A stretch of DNA of 64,000 bases from Octopus vulgaris (taxonomy: Eukaryota): assembly GCA_951406725.2 (NCBI GenBank), contig OX597814.1, positions 64,046,001 to 64,110,000 on the forward strand. Direction: 5' to 3'. Shown piece after piece: positions 13,548-26,697 of this stretch. How positions within the stretch are numbered: the stretch's first letter is position 1; every line of letters begins with the position of its first letter. Made by a program: the position numbers and the translations under genes. The notes below the pieces were generated by a model, which worked only from the letters and a program-made list of their open reading frames with translations, was not told the DNA's origin and did no database searches.

Positions 13548-15201
13548 CCACACCGCCCTTGCCAGAGCACGGTCCGTGGACCGTGTATCTGCTCTCTCTC
13601 CCCGAACCCGCCCTGTAGTCTCCCGCCTCCCTTTTCCCCTCACTTACCACCCCACGACCCTACGTCTCCAACGCACCATTCTTCGAGCTTTCCGTCATCT
13701 CCAGTCCGACCCGTCCACTTCACACCTCTTCCCTAACCGACCCCTCCCCTCTTCCAAACGAGCCCACAACCTTCGAGACCTTTTGGTCCATAGCTCCTTC
13801 CCTGACCCTACCTCCCAACCCGGCTCGTTCCCCTGCTCCCGCCCACGTTGCCGCACTTGCCCTTACCTCTCCAACACCACCCGCCTCACTAGCACCCACC
13901 ATCGACCCTATCCCATCATCCACTCCTTCACCTGCACCTCCAGCAATATTATCTATTGCATCTCTTGCTCTCTCTGCAATTCCTTGTATATCGGACAAAC
14001 GGGACGCCGCTTGGCTGACCGGTTCGCGGAACACCTTCGTGACATCCACCTTGCGAACGACACACCGGTCTCACGCCATTTCCGCTCCACCGGTCACTCC
14101 TTGCAACACCTATCTGTGTTCGGTTTGTCCTTACACAGAGGCCATCCGGATTCCCGTTTGCGCCGTGAACAGGAATTAATCTTCTCTCTTCGCTCTTATA
14201 CGCCATTTGGTCTCAACTCTCCCCCTCCTCATCTAACCCCCCTCTCCCCCCTCACCTATCCTTTCTCCCCCGACCCCTACTTCTACAGTCCTTCATCCTT
14301 TCACCCCTACTCCCCTTCCCTTCTTCCCTCTTTCTCCCTCCCTCTTCCCCTTCCCTCTGCTCCCTCACTCCCTCTCTCCCCCTCTCCCTCTTTCCTCCTT
14401 CATCCCCCTCCTCCCCTTCCTTCTCCCCCATCCTCTCCTCTTCCCCCTTCTCCTCCCCCTCTTCTTCCCCTCGCCTTCTCTCCCCCTCTTCTCCCCCTCC
14501 CCCTCTTCTCCTCACTACACCACATGACTTTACACATCACATCACATATGATGTGCCATACTAATACACACACCAACTAATACATACTAATACGTACTAA
14601 TACATACCAGTACATACTAATACTTACACCAACCCTATACATACACACGTCCAGACCCCGCATACGCACTTATACTCTCTCACACACACACACACACACC
14701 TATACATACCAATACGTACTAATACATACTAATACATACTAATACATACACCAACCCCATACATACGCACGTCCAGACCAATCTTACGCACTAATACTCT
14801 CTCATACACACACACACACACACACACACCCTTATACATACTAATACATACACCAACCCTATACATACACACATCCAGACCCCTCCCACGCACTTTTAGC
14901 TGGTCCCTCAACCCTTTTATCAACCCTATTATCTCCCCTTATTTCGCTCTCGCGTCTCATGTTTGATCTTTGACCTCTGGCCGAAATCAGATCGCCATGT
15001 TGATTCGTTAGCTACTGCACGCATTTTTTTCTCTCCTTCTTTCTGTGTTTTTCTCTCTCTGTGTATCTTTCTGTTGAAGAGCGTAGGCTCGAAACGTTAA
15101 AGACTTGTTTTATTTATATTTCCTGAGCGCCATACTAATACAATTGTTCGTTTGTTTTCCACCTGCCTTCGTCTTTTGTTTATTTTCATAAAGCTTCCCG
15201 T
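13548..15201 (+). mobile_element. Penelope-like element (Neptune-type), 3' part with intact GIY-YIG frame and pLTR
   Basis: CSRPRCRTC...SSNIIYCISCSLCNSLYIGQTGRRLADRFAEH...RLRREQELIF..GLN. Highly similar to 4908-7273 and flanked by (TA)n. Confidence 0.95.
15066..15103 (+). ncRNA. Minimal HHR-like motif in PLE pLTR (CUGU core variant)
   Basis: tcttt-CTGTTGA-a-gagc-gtag-gctc-GAAAC-GTT-aaaga. Stems I and II are perfect. Confidence 0.75.
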
Positions 15202-15228
15202 TATATATATATATATATATATATATAT

Positions 15229-15882
15229 AACTTATAAGAAAGGGCTAAAGAAAATTATTTCAAAGCCAATATGCTGATTTTCCACATATAATCTACTCGC
15301 TACAGAAAAATTGAACTGAAGTCGGGCAAGCTAGCCGTTAGAATATTTAAATTTCGTTATCTCTATATTGAATCAATTTCGGAATTAATCTCATAAAAGA
15401 TTTATTCGTCTTCAGTTGAGCTTACGAGAGAATATAAATAAGATACCTACATGCGCCCATGGAAAAAGCCGAAGCAAAAAACATGAGTACACTCAAGTAC
15501 CCCAGTTATATCTAAAAATAAAAATTCTTTGGTCAGCCTCAGAACAACGTGTTGACTGCTCGCCACTACAGATTATAGTGGTTACCAGTCTCTATAGCGG
15601 GTAGTAATAAGTCTACTACTAATATAGGATGAAGTTTTTTCTCTACAGAAAAGAATTCCATCAAGAAATGTGGCAGCATATTAAAATACCTTTACGGTTA
15701 AAATTATAAACAACTTATAAGAAAGGGCTAAAGAAAATTATTTCAAAGCCAATATGCAGATTTTCCACATATAATCTACTCGCTACAGAAAAAGTGAACT
15801 GAAGTCGGGCAAGCTAACCGTTAGAATGTTTAAATTTCGTTATCTCTATATTGAATCAATTTCGGAATTAATCTCATAAAAG

Positions 15883-15887
<5 letters not shown>
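15229..15887 (-). mobile_element. Retrozyme-like non-coding element: 483-bp unit with ~175-bp direct repeat and HHR
   Basis: 15229-15405 is repeated near-identically at 15712-15887. HHR at 15361-15420. (TA)n on both sides and no credible ORF. Confidence 0.75.
15361..15420 (-). ncRNA. Type I hammerhead ribozyme
   Basis: Minus strand: ctcaa-CTGAAGA-c-gaataaatct-tttatg-agattaattc-c-GAAA-ttg-att-caa-TA-tagag. One mismatch in stem I and a C.C at the base of stem II. Confidence 0.75.
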
Positions 15888-15966
<79 letters not shown>

Positions 15967-16429
15967 GTATGTATGCATGTATAATGTATGTGTATGTGTG
16001 AAAGAGAGAGATAGATAGAGGGGAAGTGTGTGTGGGTGCGTGTGTGTGTACGTTAGAAAGAACTAATGGGAGAAATAGTACAGTGTACTGTATTAGATAA
16101 GGAAGAAGTGCTAACCGTGATAGTAGATTTAGAAAGCAAATGTAGTAAATAATTGGACGATAAGAAGATGGAGATCTTTATAACAAGCTGATTATTAATT
16201 GTACATACATATATACGCACATACGCACATACATATCGTCCTTTAGACTTGAGTCATCAGAAAGTGGCAAGAAGATGCTAGGTTACAATACAGGGTTGAT
16301 GAAGAATATTGAAACGATATCAGTACACTGGTAAGGATGATACTGACTGGCTGCCGTTTAGTGAGAAAAATGAAGTCGTCGTGAGTTGCACAGCGCTTAT
16401 TGTTACCCAATAATAAAATACGGTACAAT

Positions 16430-16650
16430 ATAATAATCATTCCTACTCTAGACACAAGGCCCGAAACTTTTGGGGAGGGAGCCAGTCGATTAGATCGGCC
16501 CCAGTACAGAAGTGGTACTTTATTTATCGACCCCGAAAGGATGAAAGGCAAAGCTGACCTCGGCAGAATTTGAACTCAGAATGTAAAGACAAACGAAATA
16601 CTGCTGAGTATTTGGCCGGCGTGCTAACGTTTCTGCCAGCTCGCTCCTTA
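16430..16650 (-). mobile_element. tRNA-derived SINE (family D, Nin/Deu-like central domain)
   Basis: Head AAGG(C/A)GCGAGCTGGCAGAA and core CTTTGCCTTTCATCCTTTCGGGGTCGATAAA..AAGTACC. Many related copies in the window. Confidence 0.85.
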
Positions 16651-17577
16651 AATATAATAATCATAATAAAAAACCAAATTTCGGAATGTAATACAGTATT
16701 ATAAATATAGCAGTAATACCATATAGTAGATACTATCATTTCAAAATTCCAGGAAGAAGCAAGACAAATTTAGCAATCGTGCCATTTATAAAGCTTGGAG
16801 TAAATAAACAAATACTCAACTTAGTAAACGAACAAAACCTATTATGTGTGTGTGGTATTTGTGTGTGTTGTTTGTGTGTGTGTGTGTGCCTGTATGTGTG
16901 TGACCGAGTGTGCGTTTGTAATTTAATTTTGTGTAACAGTTATGAATTCCCAATATACAGGATCTTATCATTCTTGGGCTGCTGGATTAGTTGTATTAAG
17001 GAGATAAAGGATAACTAGCCCTTAAATGTAACGTTTGTTTATCACAAAACTGTGCTGCAGCAAAGTCTATCTAATAATTTTTAAAACTTACTCACATATA
17101 GAGGCATGTATGCGAGGACGTAGTAATTTTAAATGCAGTTGCTAAAATATATATCGCCATCCTTAGGAAATACGGACTTGTGATAAATATAGAAGATACA
17201 TCAGTTATTGAATAAATATGTAAGCAACATCGTTGAAAATTTCACAGCAACATGTCTATCAACTACATCATAACGGCTCTGATATAGTTGTTTCCATTAG
17301 AGTAAGCGAAAATATGTATAGTTATAAACGTTTGCTAATCTGCAGATGTGAACGCTTCTTCCAGTATTGTGACAAAAACAATATTTAGAGACAATTGACT
17401 CGAAACCGACAGCTTCGAGATCCCGATTATAAGTTTATATTCATACATTTTGATGCATTTGTTTATGTTAGTAAATATCTTAGTGTCAATCTGGTATAGT
17501 TAAGATTTTCTGACAAAAAGTAAAAGCAAATTGATTAGCTAACATGCACTTTCGAAATAAAAATCTTCGAAGGGAGC

Positions 17578-17668
<91 letters not shown>

Positions 17669-17673
<5 letters not shown>

Positions 17674-17870
17674 ATCCAAACATGAAAACACAAAGAGAAA
17701 ACACAACAACGCGAGGACGTGGAATAAGTATAGTGTTATTGGACGCTCAGGAAAGGAAAGAAAGAAGGAGGATTTAACGTTTCGGGCGGAGCTCTTCGTC
17801 AGAAACATAGAAAAAGGAAAGGTCCAAGGAAGGGAAGACGGAAGAAGAAAATCGCCAACAATACACCATA
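17669..17870 (-). mobile_element. Short solo pLTR-like element in (TA)n with canonical minimal HHR (17772-17806)
   Basis: Minus strand: gttt-CTGACGA-a-gagc-tcc-gccc-GAAAC-GTT-aaat. Related copy at 59995-60128. Confidence 0.8.
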
Positions 17871-19826
17871 TATATATACAAAACTTTCATAGATTTCAAC
17901 AATTCAAATTCTAAAAATGGTGCTTTGCTTAGCAAATCAATACTTTTATGGGAATATTTTGAAAAAGAAATTATACATAGAAAATAGACGTAATGATGAA
18001 AATAATAAATAATAAATATCACCCCTCAAGATAAAACAGAAGACTAGTATGTACTAAGATGTTTTCTTTTAAGATTGCAAATTGAGTGCTATATATTTTG
18101 ATTTTGCTCCAATTCGAGAATTGATTGAAAAACAAATTGTGCATTTAATTGTTCCTAATTAACTTTAAACCATCGTAACAATAGATTGAGGTTGCGGTGG
18201 AGAATCGGTGGAGAAATTTGATTTCAAATACCAATGTGATTAAATTTACCTTTTATCCCTTAGGTACTGGGATTGATAGTATCAAGTAAACCCTTAGTTT
18301 ACTTGATTCGTTATTTTAATCGTATTAATTATTATTGCTCAACGTAATCTTGTGTGCAGTGCCTAAGAGTGCCCTTTTCTCTGTGTAATGCATACCTGAA
18401 AGTCCTGTGTGTTAGTTATGTATTTATCTGCATATTCATTGATCATTCGAAAAGCACCTCTTATCATAGGGTTTATTTCTGTTTTCAGGTTCTATATTTA
18501 GATTATCTCTTTCTCCGGATTTTTAAATTTAGATAATTTCTCCATCTCATCTACAGATGCATTATAATCTGTTGGAACTGATGTATGTGTGTATTGACAT
18601 ATCCTAGTGCATGGATATTTTGCCATTCTCGGAGACTTTTCCTGTTGTATGTCAATATCATATCTTTTCTGTTCAAACTTCATAATGCTGATGTAACTTC
18701 GTTATATATAAGTCACGAATCTGACATATTTACGGAAGTACACTAAGAGTGATTGACGAAATCAATGTTAGAATATCTAAGGTTACAAGTCTTTTGGAAC
18801 ACTTTGCCATTGTTTGTGGGATGAACACAGCATCAGTTTGGAAACTAGAATAAGTTTGTGCACAACTGTGGTATTTTGAGCACACTTTTGTACTGGATTA
18901 AAGCATGGACTCCCTACTATAGACATATAAATAAACTGGAACCTTTTCACATGTACTGTCTGTGCAATATCTGCAAAATAAAATGGTGAGATATCAAATG
19001 TCGAAATTACAGAAAACTGTGGTATCTCCAGTACCGAAATTATGCTGTTGAGAACTCAGTGCAGACGCGAAGGAATGTAAGATGATCGTGTTACGAAAAT
19101 TTTTTTCTATGTCTAAGAAGTAGAGGGATACTGCGGTAAAGGATGACACATTCATAGGTATAAGAATAAGTTCAAACAATCACTAAGTTTCCTACAGCTT
19201 AATTTAATATCTTGGGAAAGTTATTGCCTAGATCGATCTGTGTAGCGTAAATTGTATTATGATGCATGCAAACAATTTGAGTTGAAGAAACATAACAATA
19301 AATTAATTATATCTTGCAGATACATTTGTCCAGTCCCAGGCAGAATCAAAATCATCATTGCCCCCATTGTGCCTTCGTAGTTTCATGGCAAAATCCATAT
19401 CTGAACTCAAATTACATTCACCAATCCTTCGCAAATAGATGCAGTTTTTTTTTAGTTCTAATCTATTTGTTAATCCTTTGCTTCAAATGTCTAAATCGAC
19501 GGGAGTGATCATCATCACCATCATCATCGTCGTCGTCGTCGTTGTTGTTGTTGTTGTTGTTGATATTATAAATAGGCACACTGTTATAAATACACAGAAT
19601 TAGAAGGGAATCAGATGTTATATGTTGAATTACTTTCAAACTTCTACAATCTAGTTAGTGATCATCTTGCGGTTTCTCTTCTACATCCAGTAATAATAAA
19701 TACCGGTGAGGGATGGTTTACGATGTAGGAATCACCTTATACCACATCAGGTATAATACTGGAGCATGGGCGCAACCCAGCACGCAAATGTGTGACAGAT
19801 ATATACATGTAATATACTCTCGTGTG

Positions 19827-20035
19827 AAGGCGGCGAGCTAGCAGAATCGTTACCGCGCCGGGCAAATTGCTTAGTAGCACGTTGTCTGCCTCTAAATTCA
19901 AATTCCGCTGCGGTCGACTTTGTCTTTTATCCCTCCGAGGTCGATTAAACCCGTACAAGGTGAAAACTGGGATCGCTCTACTAGTCTTATCCCCTCCTCA
20001 AAATTGCTGGGTTTGTGCCAAGATTAGAAAGCAAT
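19827..20035 (+). mobile_element. SINE family D
   Basis: aaggcggcgagctagcagaatcgttacc...gtcgactttgtcttttatccctccgaggtcgat. Confidence 0.85.
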
Positions 20036-20432
20036 ATTCTATCATATGTATTCCTATATCAATACGCTTATTTCTATCACTGCTAACTGCATCTCCACTT
20101 CTCAAGGTTTTCTAGACGTCGCAGTTTACTAAATTTATTCGATAACTCTCTCCTAATCAAATCCTATTCTACATTACAATCACTTTTTATTTGCAACAAT
20201 CACACTACGTTCCTATCCTTCTTTCCCTCGATCACATTCTGTTTCTTCTTTTCTTCATTTTCTCCTGTCTGTATGTGTCTATGAATAACTGTGTGTTGGT
20301 ATACATACTTATATACATACACATGTGTGTGTATGTATACTCAAATATACTCAAATGTATGTTCGTTTGTATGCGTGTATATACACACATACGCGCAGAC
20401 AATGATACATAGACATATATTTATATATATGC

Positions 20433-20463
<31 letters not shown>

Positions 20464-20478
20464 CATAGATACATGTAA

Positions 20479-20518
<40 letters not shown>

Positions 20519-21057
20519 GCACATACATGTATATAAATGCGTGTGTACATGTCTATGCTTGTGCGTTTATTTAACTAATTAACTGATACGAACCAATAAA
20601 ATTCAATTTGATGACTCATCATCTATTTTTGACGACCAGTTACAAAGTCATCTATACCGAATCTTATCGAAGATATTACAGGAGGAGCTGTGTTTCTTGG
20701 CGTTGACTTGTGTTTACAAGTGCGAGAGGGAGTGAGACACAGAGAGAGGGGTGGACGAGGAGAAGGTGCGGTAAGAAAGCGCGTACATATTTATATAAGA
20801 ATGCGTATAAGAGCATAAACACAAACAATCTGATTCAAGTAAATGAGCCCGTTCACATAAATACATGTATATATGCATAACTACATATACGTATGCGTGT
20901 GTGTGTTTGTATGCGTTTATATATATAGTGTATATATATTTATATATATATATATATATATATTATTTGCAGACATGTATTTATGAACATCTATATAGAT
21001 GTATTGGCAATTATATGTATCTAAGTATATGTATGCAGGCGCACGCACACTCACCCA

Positions 21058-21098
<41 letters not shown>

Positions 21099-21363
21099 CT
21101 TTATTATATATATATATACATATGCATGCATGTATGTATGCCATCATATTCTACGTCCCAGACGCGACACGCATTTTGTAACTTATTTCCAAGCAACATG
21201 TAATCCTTGATATTGAGACTATAGGTTTCGTATTATGGAATTCTACATTGCCAAAAAGCTTGCAGCTACGCTGCGGATATTTGTGCATGTTTGTATATGT
21301 ATGTATATGTGTGTGTGTGTGCATATATGTTACATATAGATTGGTAGATAGGTAAGAAAATAA

Positions 21364-21447
<84 letters not shown>

Positions 21448-22949
21448 ATGTAAGCATGCATGCAAAGTCTTAACTTTTAACACATACGTTTTTTATTACA
21501 CGTCATGAAATTTCTCGTATATTGAAATTAGACACACATATCATGAAATTGCTCCCTTTCTTATTTTCATACACATTTCTATACACAGGCTTAAGATATA
21601 TATATACATATATATTTGCATTAGAGACAAACGCAATATGATGGTATTTGAGAATTAAAACGAAGCAGAAATATCAAATGGGAAGTGATGATTGATGAGG
21701 CGGTAGACAAAATCCTACAACATGGAAGAATACATATAACTAGATAGAAAAGGGGTTTTAATAAAATTAGTGATTGACTAAAATAATTAAACATTCGAAC
21801 AAAATAAAGCCTCAGTCAGAATGGCTGTTATCAACAAAAGCAATGGCTTTTATCTGCGAAGACAGTGACATTATCAAGAGGAACTCCTTGCTTTTACCGG
21901 TGATAATACGGAGCACCAGAGTGGGTACAGACACTAATGCATTCTTGAAACTTTGATATAGGTATGATTTATTCAGTGATTTCTAAACAAGAGTTTATTT
22001 AAAAATCGATTCAATACTTAAGATAACCTTTTCTATTTTTAGCCTGTTTCTTCATGTTATCAACAAAGCTCTGTTAGAGTAACCGTGGTTTTTACAATAG
22101 GGAGGGGCGAGAAACGATTCAATTTTCTGTCTTGAAAGTTGGCATGCAACCATATCCTTTGATATTGGTTCCAAAGGAAGCAATATGGAAAGTACAGTTG
22201 TATTTTTCTGATTTTCTGCGGAATATGCCTGTATTTCTCGTTAGGAACAGTGAAAACTGTTTTAGAAGCTTCTGATTCATCAGAAAAGGCTAGGAGGTTT
22301 AGATTTCCATTGAAACAATGCGTTACGGCTGTTTCTTGTTCCTATATTTTTATTTCTTGACCAAACACTTGCCATAAATTTTTGACATCGTTCTAATAAA
22401 AAGGTATCTGAAATATACTCATGTTCTGGATCGTACTTTGAAGCACAAGTATTCCACTAAACATATATACGCATCATCTCCGATTGTGTTGTTGTTTGAG
22501 CTTTTTATTGGCGTAGAGACGTAGTAATGTCTTACGGTGTCTGTGACATCAATCTGTTCAGGGTGTGCTTCACACTCATATTTACTCGTAGTCATTTGCG
22601 AATGGTAGTCCTGAAACCATTGGCTTGTAGGCTTTGTTGTCGCTACGATTGACAGCGGAATATGTTGCATGTCTAGCATATGTATACCGGTGAACTAGAA
22701 ATTGAAAGGCATTTCTGTATTAAGGCTAAAGGAAAGCTGAAAAATCATTTATAAATGTGAATACTAAGTATATACAGTACGTATACTAATGTACACAAAG
22801 AAGTGAGAGGGAGAGACATAGAAAAAGGAGAGAGAGACACACACACACAAAAGACAAAGAATGAAATAGGAATTTATGAGGGGTGGTAACAGTTGGAAAT
22901 ACTGTGGTTCCTTCAATATATTCCTGCATATATATTTCTGGCACTTCAC

Positions 22950-24060
22950 GCTTGCCAGTTAATTATTCAGCTAGACGTTTGGAAAGTTACCACTTTTTCA
23001 GGATTACCAGTTGTTCGTTTCTACTTGGCTGGAGTGGGGGATGAACTTCTTCTGTTCTAATTAATTGCTTCCCTTGTTTCTTCAGGTGGTGTATATGTTT
23101 TTAACATTAGTATTCGTTTCAAACTTTTACTGATCCTACGCTCCCTCAAAATTTTAAGTCACTTGTGATAAGAGATACATATATTTGTCTTTCCTTTTTT
23201 ACTTTGTTCGTGGTTAAACCATTCTGGAATTAAATTGTTACTTTTGTTCAAAGTACGTAATCATCTTTCATTGTGACGGATTCTTTGCAATATTGCAAGA
23301 TTCTCTTAGTTGTTGTTCCGAAGTCTCACATGGCTACGTTTGCATATATCTTTTTGCAGTATTTTTTTATTACATTGATTGATGATGCAACGAAAGAGTT
23401 TTGAAATTACGAGTGGTAGACCGATCAAGTAATGATGCATTGAACAGTGTTTACAATTATATTTATTTTGTTTTGTTTTCGAATTTACTTATAAATACGT
23501 CTTGCTTCAAAATTGAATCTGTGGATGCGTTCAATAAATCCTTCAAAATACATGAACAACCTTAGCTACCTTTATATTTTTATATTATTTTCTTCAATAT
23601 CTCTTGGATCTCTGGGGTGAATATTGTCGGGATCTCCTGTTTTATATTATTTGAAATTTTTGAAGCAGCTTGTAAAAGTGCATTTTAATGTGTTTTTCTA
23701 GCCTTGCTATTGTTGTGGTGCAACGTGAGATGTAATGTGGAAAGTCATAAAGTTGATAGTCGTAAAATTGTTTTTTGTAGTCAACACTAGACATAGATGT
23801 TTGTTAACACGATGAATTTTTGCTATTGTTTTGTCTTATTTGTTTCTTACTGAGTTTATTTCTGTTGTGTTTTGAGGTTCTTCATTATGTCAGTCGTTTA
23901 ATATGAGTTGTATTTATTCTGGTTTAGAAATTTTGAAAATGATCTTGTTGAATGTACATTCCGTAGTCTCTGTGTGAAATTTAGTTTGTACAATTCTGTG
24001 AATACTGGTTTTTTTTTCCTTTATTCTTTTGGCGTGGTTTTTCTGCGTTCACTTAGTACA
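22950..24060 (-). pseudogene. Heavily decayed LINE (RT region) remnant
   Basis: Minus-strand fragments GDPDNIHPR and YLIGLPLVISKLF resemble LINE RT motifs PGPDNIHP and YRPISLLPVISKLF. T-rich plus strand. Boundaries are approximate. Confidence 0.35.
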
Positions 24061-24168
24061 AAAATATGGAAATTCAACACACTCTAGATTTATATATTCA
24101 TTAATGATTTACAATATGTTACGAATTAACAGAAACATAGTTCATACGAATCTAATCTTTAATTTCAG

Positions 24169-24355
24169 GTTGTTGCTGCTACGGTGACATCAGTCACACT
24201 CGTTTGGATTCCTGGATTGGGAGAAAACGTGTACGGCCCACATTCCGAATGCGATATGTGCTTAGAAGACGGTTCACTTTTGCAGTATGCTTCTAGTGCA
24301 CGAGCGCCAAGCGATTCAAAGAGAAAGATCCACTGGAAGAAAGAAGAAGCACTTG
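24169..24355 (+). CDS. PAPPA: Pappalysin-like exon
   Basis: ttcag|...|gtacgt. VVAATVTSVTLVWIPGLGENVYGPHSECDMCLEDGSLLQYASSARAPSDSKRKIHWKKEEAL, like PAPP-A SVTLEW...CHLCLEGRILVQYAS...HW. Phase 0 to 1. Confidence 0.93.
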
Positions 24356-24444
24356 GTACGTTTTGTTAACCACGTTCTATAACAAGAAAAATTATGTCTA
24401 CAACTGCAACTGTCGCTACTACTATTGTTACTACTACCACTGAA

Positions 24445-25054
24445 AATATTGTTTTCAAAATTTGGCACAAGATCACTAATTTCGGGGAGGAGTAAGTAGA
24501 TTAGATCGACCAGTTCTCAACTGGTACTTAATTTGTAAATCCCGAAAGTCAACTTCGGTGGAATTTGAGCTCAGCTGCTTAGCAATTTGTCCGCCGTGCA
24601 AACGATTCTGCTAGCTTGCTGCTGTAACAATTACTTAAAATATTAGTAACTGTAATAGTAGCAGCAAGGATTTACTTGATGGTAATTTATTTTGTCGACC
24701 CTAGAGAAGCGAGAAGCAAATCTAAGCACGGAAGTATTTGATCTCCGAACATAGAATTGGAGAAAATATTTTTTGTCCGACATTTATCGAGTGTAGCAAT
24801 ACACCACTTTCAACATAACAACAACATCAATAGCAACAATATTGGTTTCAAATTTTGGCACAAGACCAGCAGTTTAAGAGAGGGGGTTAGTCGATTACAT
24901 TGAGCCCAGTGCTCGGTTGGTACTTATTTTATCCACCCCAAAAGAGTGAAAGACAAAGTCAACCACGGCGAAATTTGAACCCAGAATATAATGACGGACG
25001 AAATACCACTAAGAATTTTGCCCGGAGTACTAACGATTCTGTCTGCTCACCGCC

Positions 25055-25128
<74 letters not shown>

Positions 25129-25628
25129 TTCAAATGTCGGTACAAGGCCATCAAGTTCGGTGAGGAGCAAGTTGATTATATCTAACCTAGTGTTCGACTA
25201 GTAATTTTTTTTATCGACCCCGAGAGTTTGAAAGGCAGAATCGACCTCGACGGAATTTGAACACAGAACGTTAACACAGACGAAATGCAGCAAAACATTT
25301 AGCCCGATGTGCTAACGATTCTGCCGGCTCACCGGCTCACCGCCATAATAATTAATAACAATCCTTTCTACTTTAAGCACAAGCTTCAAATTTGCGGGAA
25401 GGGTGCTAGTCGATAACACCGACCCCAGCGTTTTACTGGTACTTAATTTATCAAACCCGAAAGGATAAAAAGCAAGATCGAGCTCGGCTGATTAATAATC
25501 CTTTCTCTTATAGGCATAAGGCCAGCAATTTCGGGGAAGGGGTAAGTCGATTACATCAACCCAAGGCTTGACTGATAATTATTTTCTCGACCCCGAAATG
25601 ATGAAAGCGAAGCCAACCTCAGTGGGAT
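24445..25628 (-). mobile_element. Tandem cluster of about six SINE family D copies
   Basis: Repeated ggcacaag..gtcgattac..ctggtactta..atcgaccccgaaag..gtcgacctcggcggaatttgaac units, all in the same orientation and separated by (AAT)n/(AAC)n. Confidence 0.85.
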
Positions 25629-26697
25629 TGTGAGAGTAAAAATCTAGAAAATAAAAAGAAAAACGTGTTTCTTAAAGGGTAGGAGAGATGCTGCAAACGC
25701 TAATGTAGCTGTAAAGCTAAAAATTACTAATGGACAAAGACTTCACGGAAAATTGTACAAGGAGAAGAGAACTGAATGCATAGCATGGACGGACTAGCAG
25801 AGGTCTATTGACAGTATTCTCTACACGGGGATAATTGAGGAAGCACAATTAATAAGCAGATGTTTCTTAATTGTACTCACACGTGATAAATAAATGGTGG
25901 GAAGTACTTCAGACAGATAAAATCAGGAAATATAAAAACTAATTTATTTATATTAGAAGATGAGTATTCCAATAAAACTTCGTCTCCCCACTCCTCAACT
26001 TAATTCTAACACATAATCAACGCGGTAAAGTAAACTGGGTCCAGATACAATGCAGTGAGGAACTTGAACTAAATTTTATATAAGGACAACATCAGGTTGT
26101 ATCTTTTAAATGATAAATATTACAAACGCCACTGCATACAAAAGTGCTTCTAGAATTTTGTGTGAGATGTACCAATTCAAACTTGAAAGGGAAGTTAAGA
26201 AGGCTTACTCGCCAAAGACTGGCTACAGGATTTTTGTCTGGATTAGAATATGAGCAGGGCACTGTGTTCTCAGTGATAAAACAAAGTACATTTTTCTCTC
26301 TTTGAAAGAAAGTAAGCTTATAGTTATTAGCGTTCCCTTCATCAAACATGCTTAAGGAAAGGCTGAGTGTAGTTGTAAAGTTGTTTGTTGAACAGTGAAA
26401 TAAATGACAACTAAGTAAAAAGAGAAAACAAAGGCTTTGTTTTCAAAAATTGAGCCAAATCTGATCAAATTTTCAATTATTAAATATTTGTCTTTGGAAT
26501 ATAGATACTTGTTCAGTATCTTAATTGATTTTACGTTTATTTTAATCGCCAAATACTGATATGTATATTTGATTTATTGATACCAGGAATAAAGCTTAAA
26601 GTTTGTTTTTTTATTTAAAATGTAATATTGAAATTTGTTCTGAGTGGTTTCGTTTGCACATCGTTATAATATAATTTTATTATATATGTTCTCCACT

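Noticed and set aside
14575-14895. Repeated units (atacatacta, acgtccagacc) resembling a CRISPR-like array
   Set aside because: Degenerate tandem minisatellite in the PLE 3' region with no unique spacers, in a eukaryotic context.
18488-19200. Possible extra exon after ttttcag, and coding-like minus-strand sequence
   Set aside because: All three plus frames stop quickly. Exons 4624-4745 and 24169-24355 already join colinearly with PAPP-A. No recognisable motif on the minus strand.
21700-22700. Possible decayed LTR-retrotransposon pol (YQSFKNALVSVPTLVL on the minus strand)
   Set aside because: One weak motif only, with no RT/integrase signature or LTRs seen.
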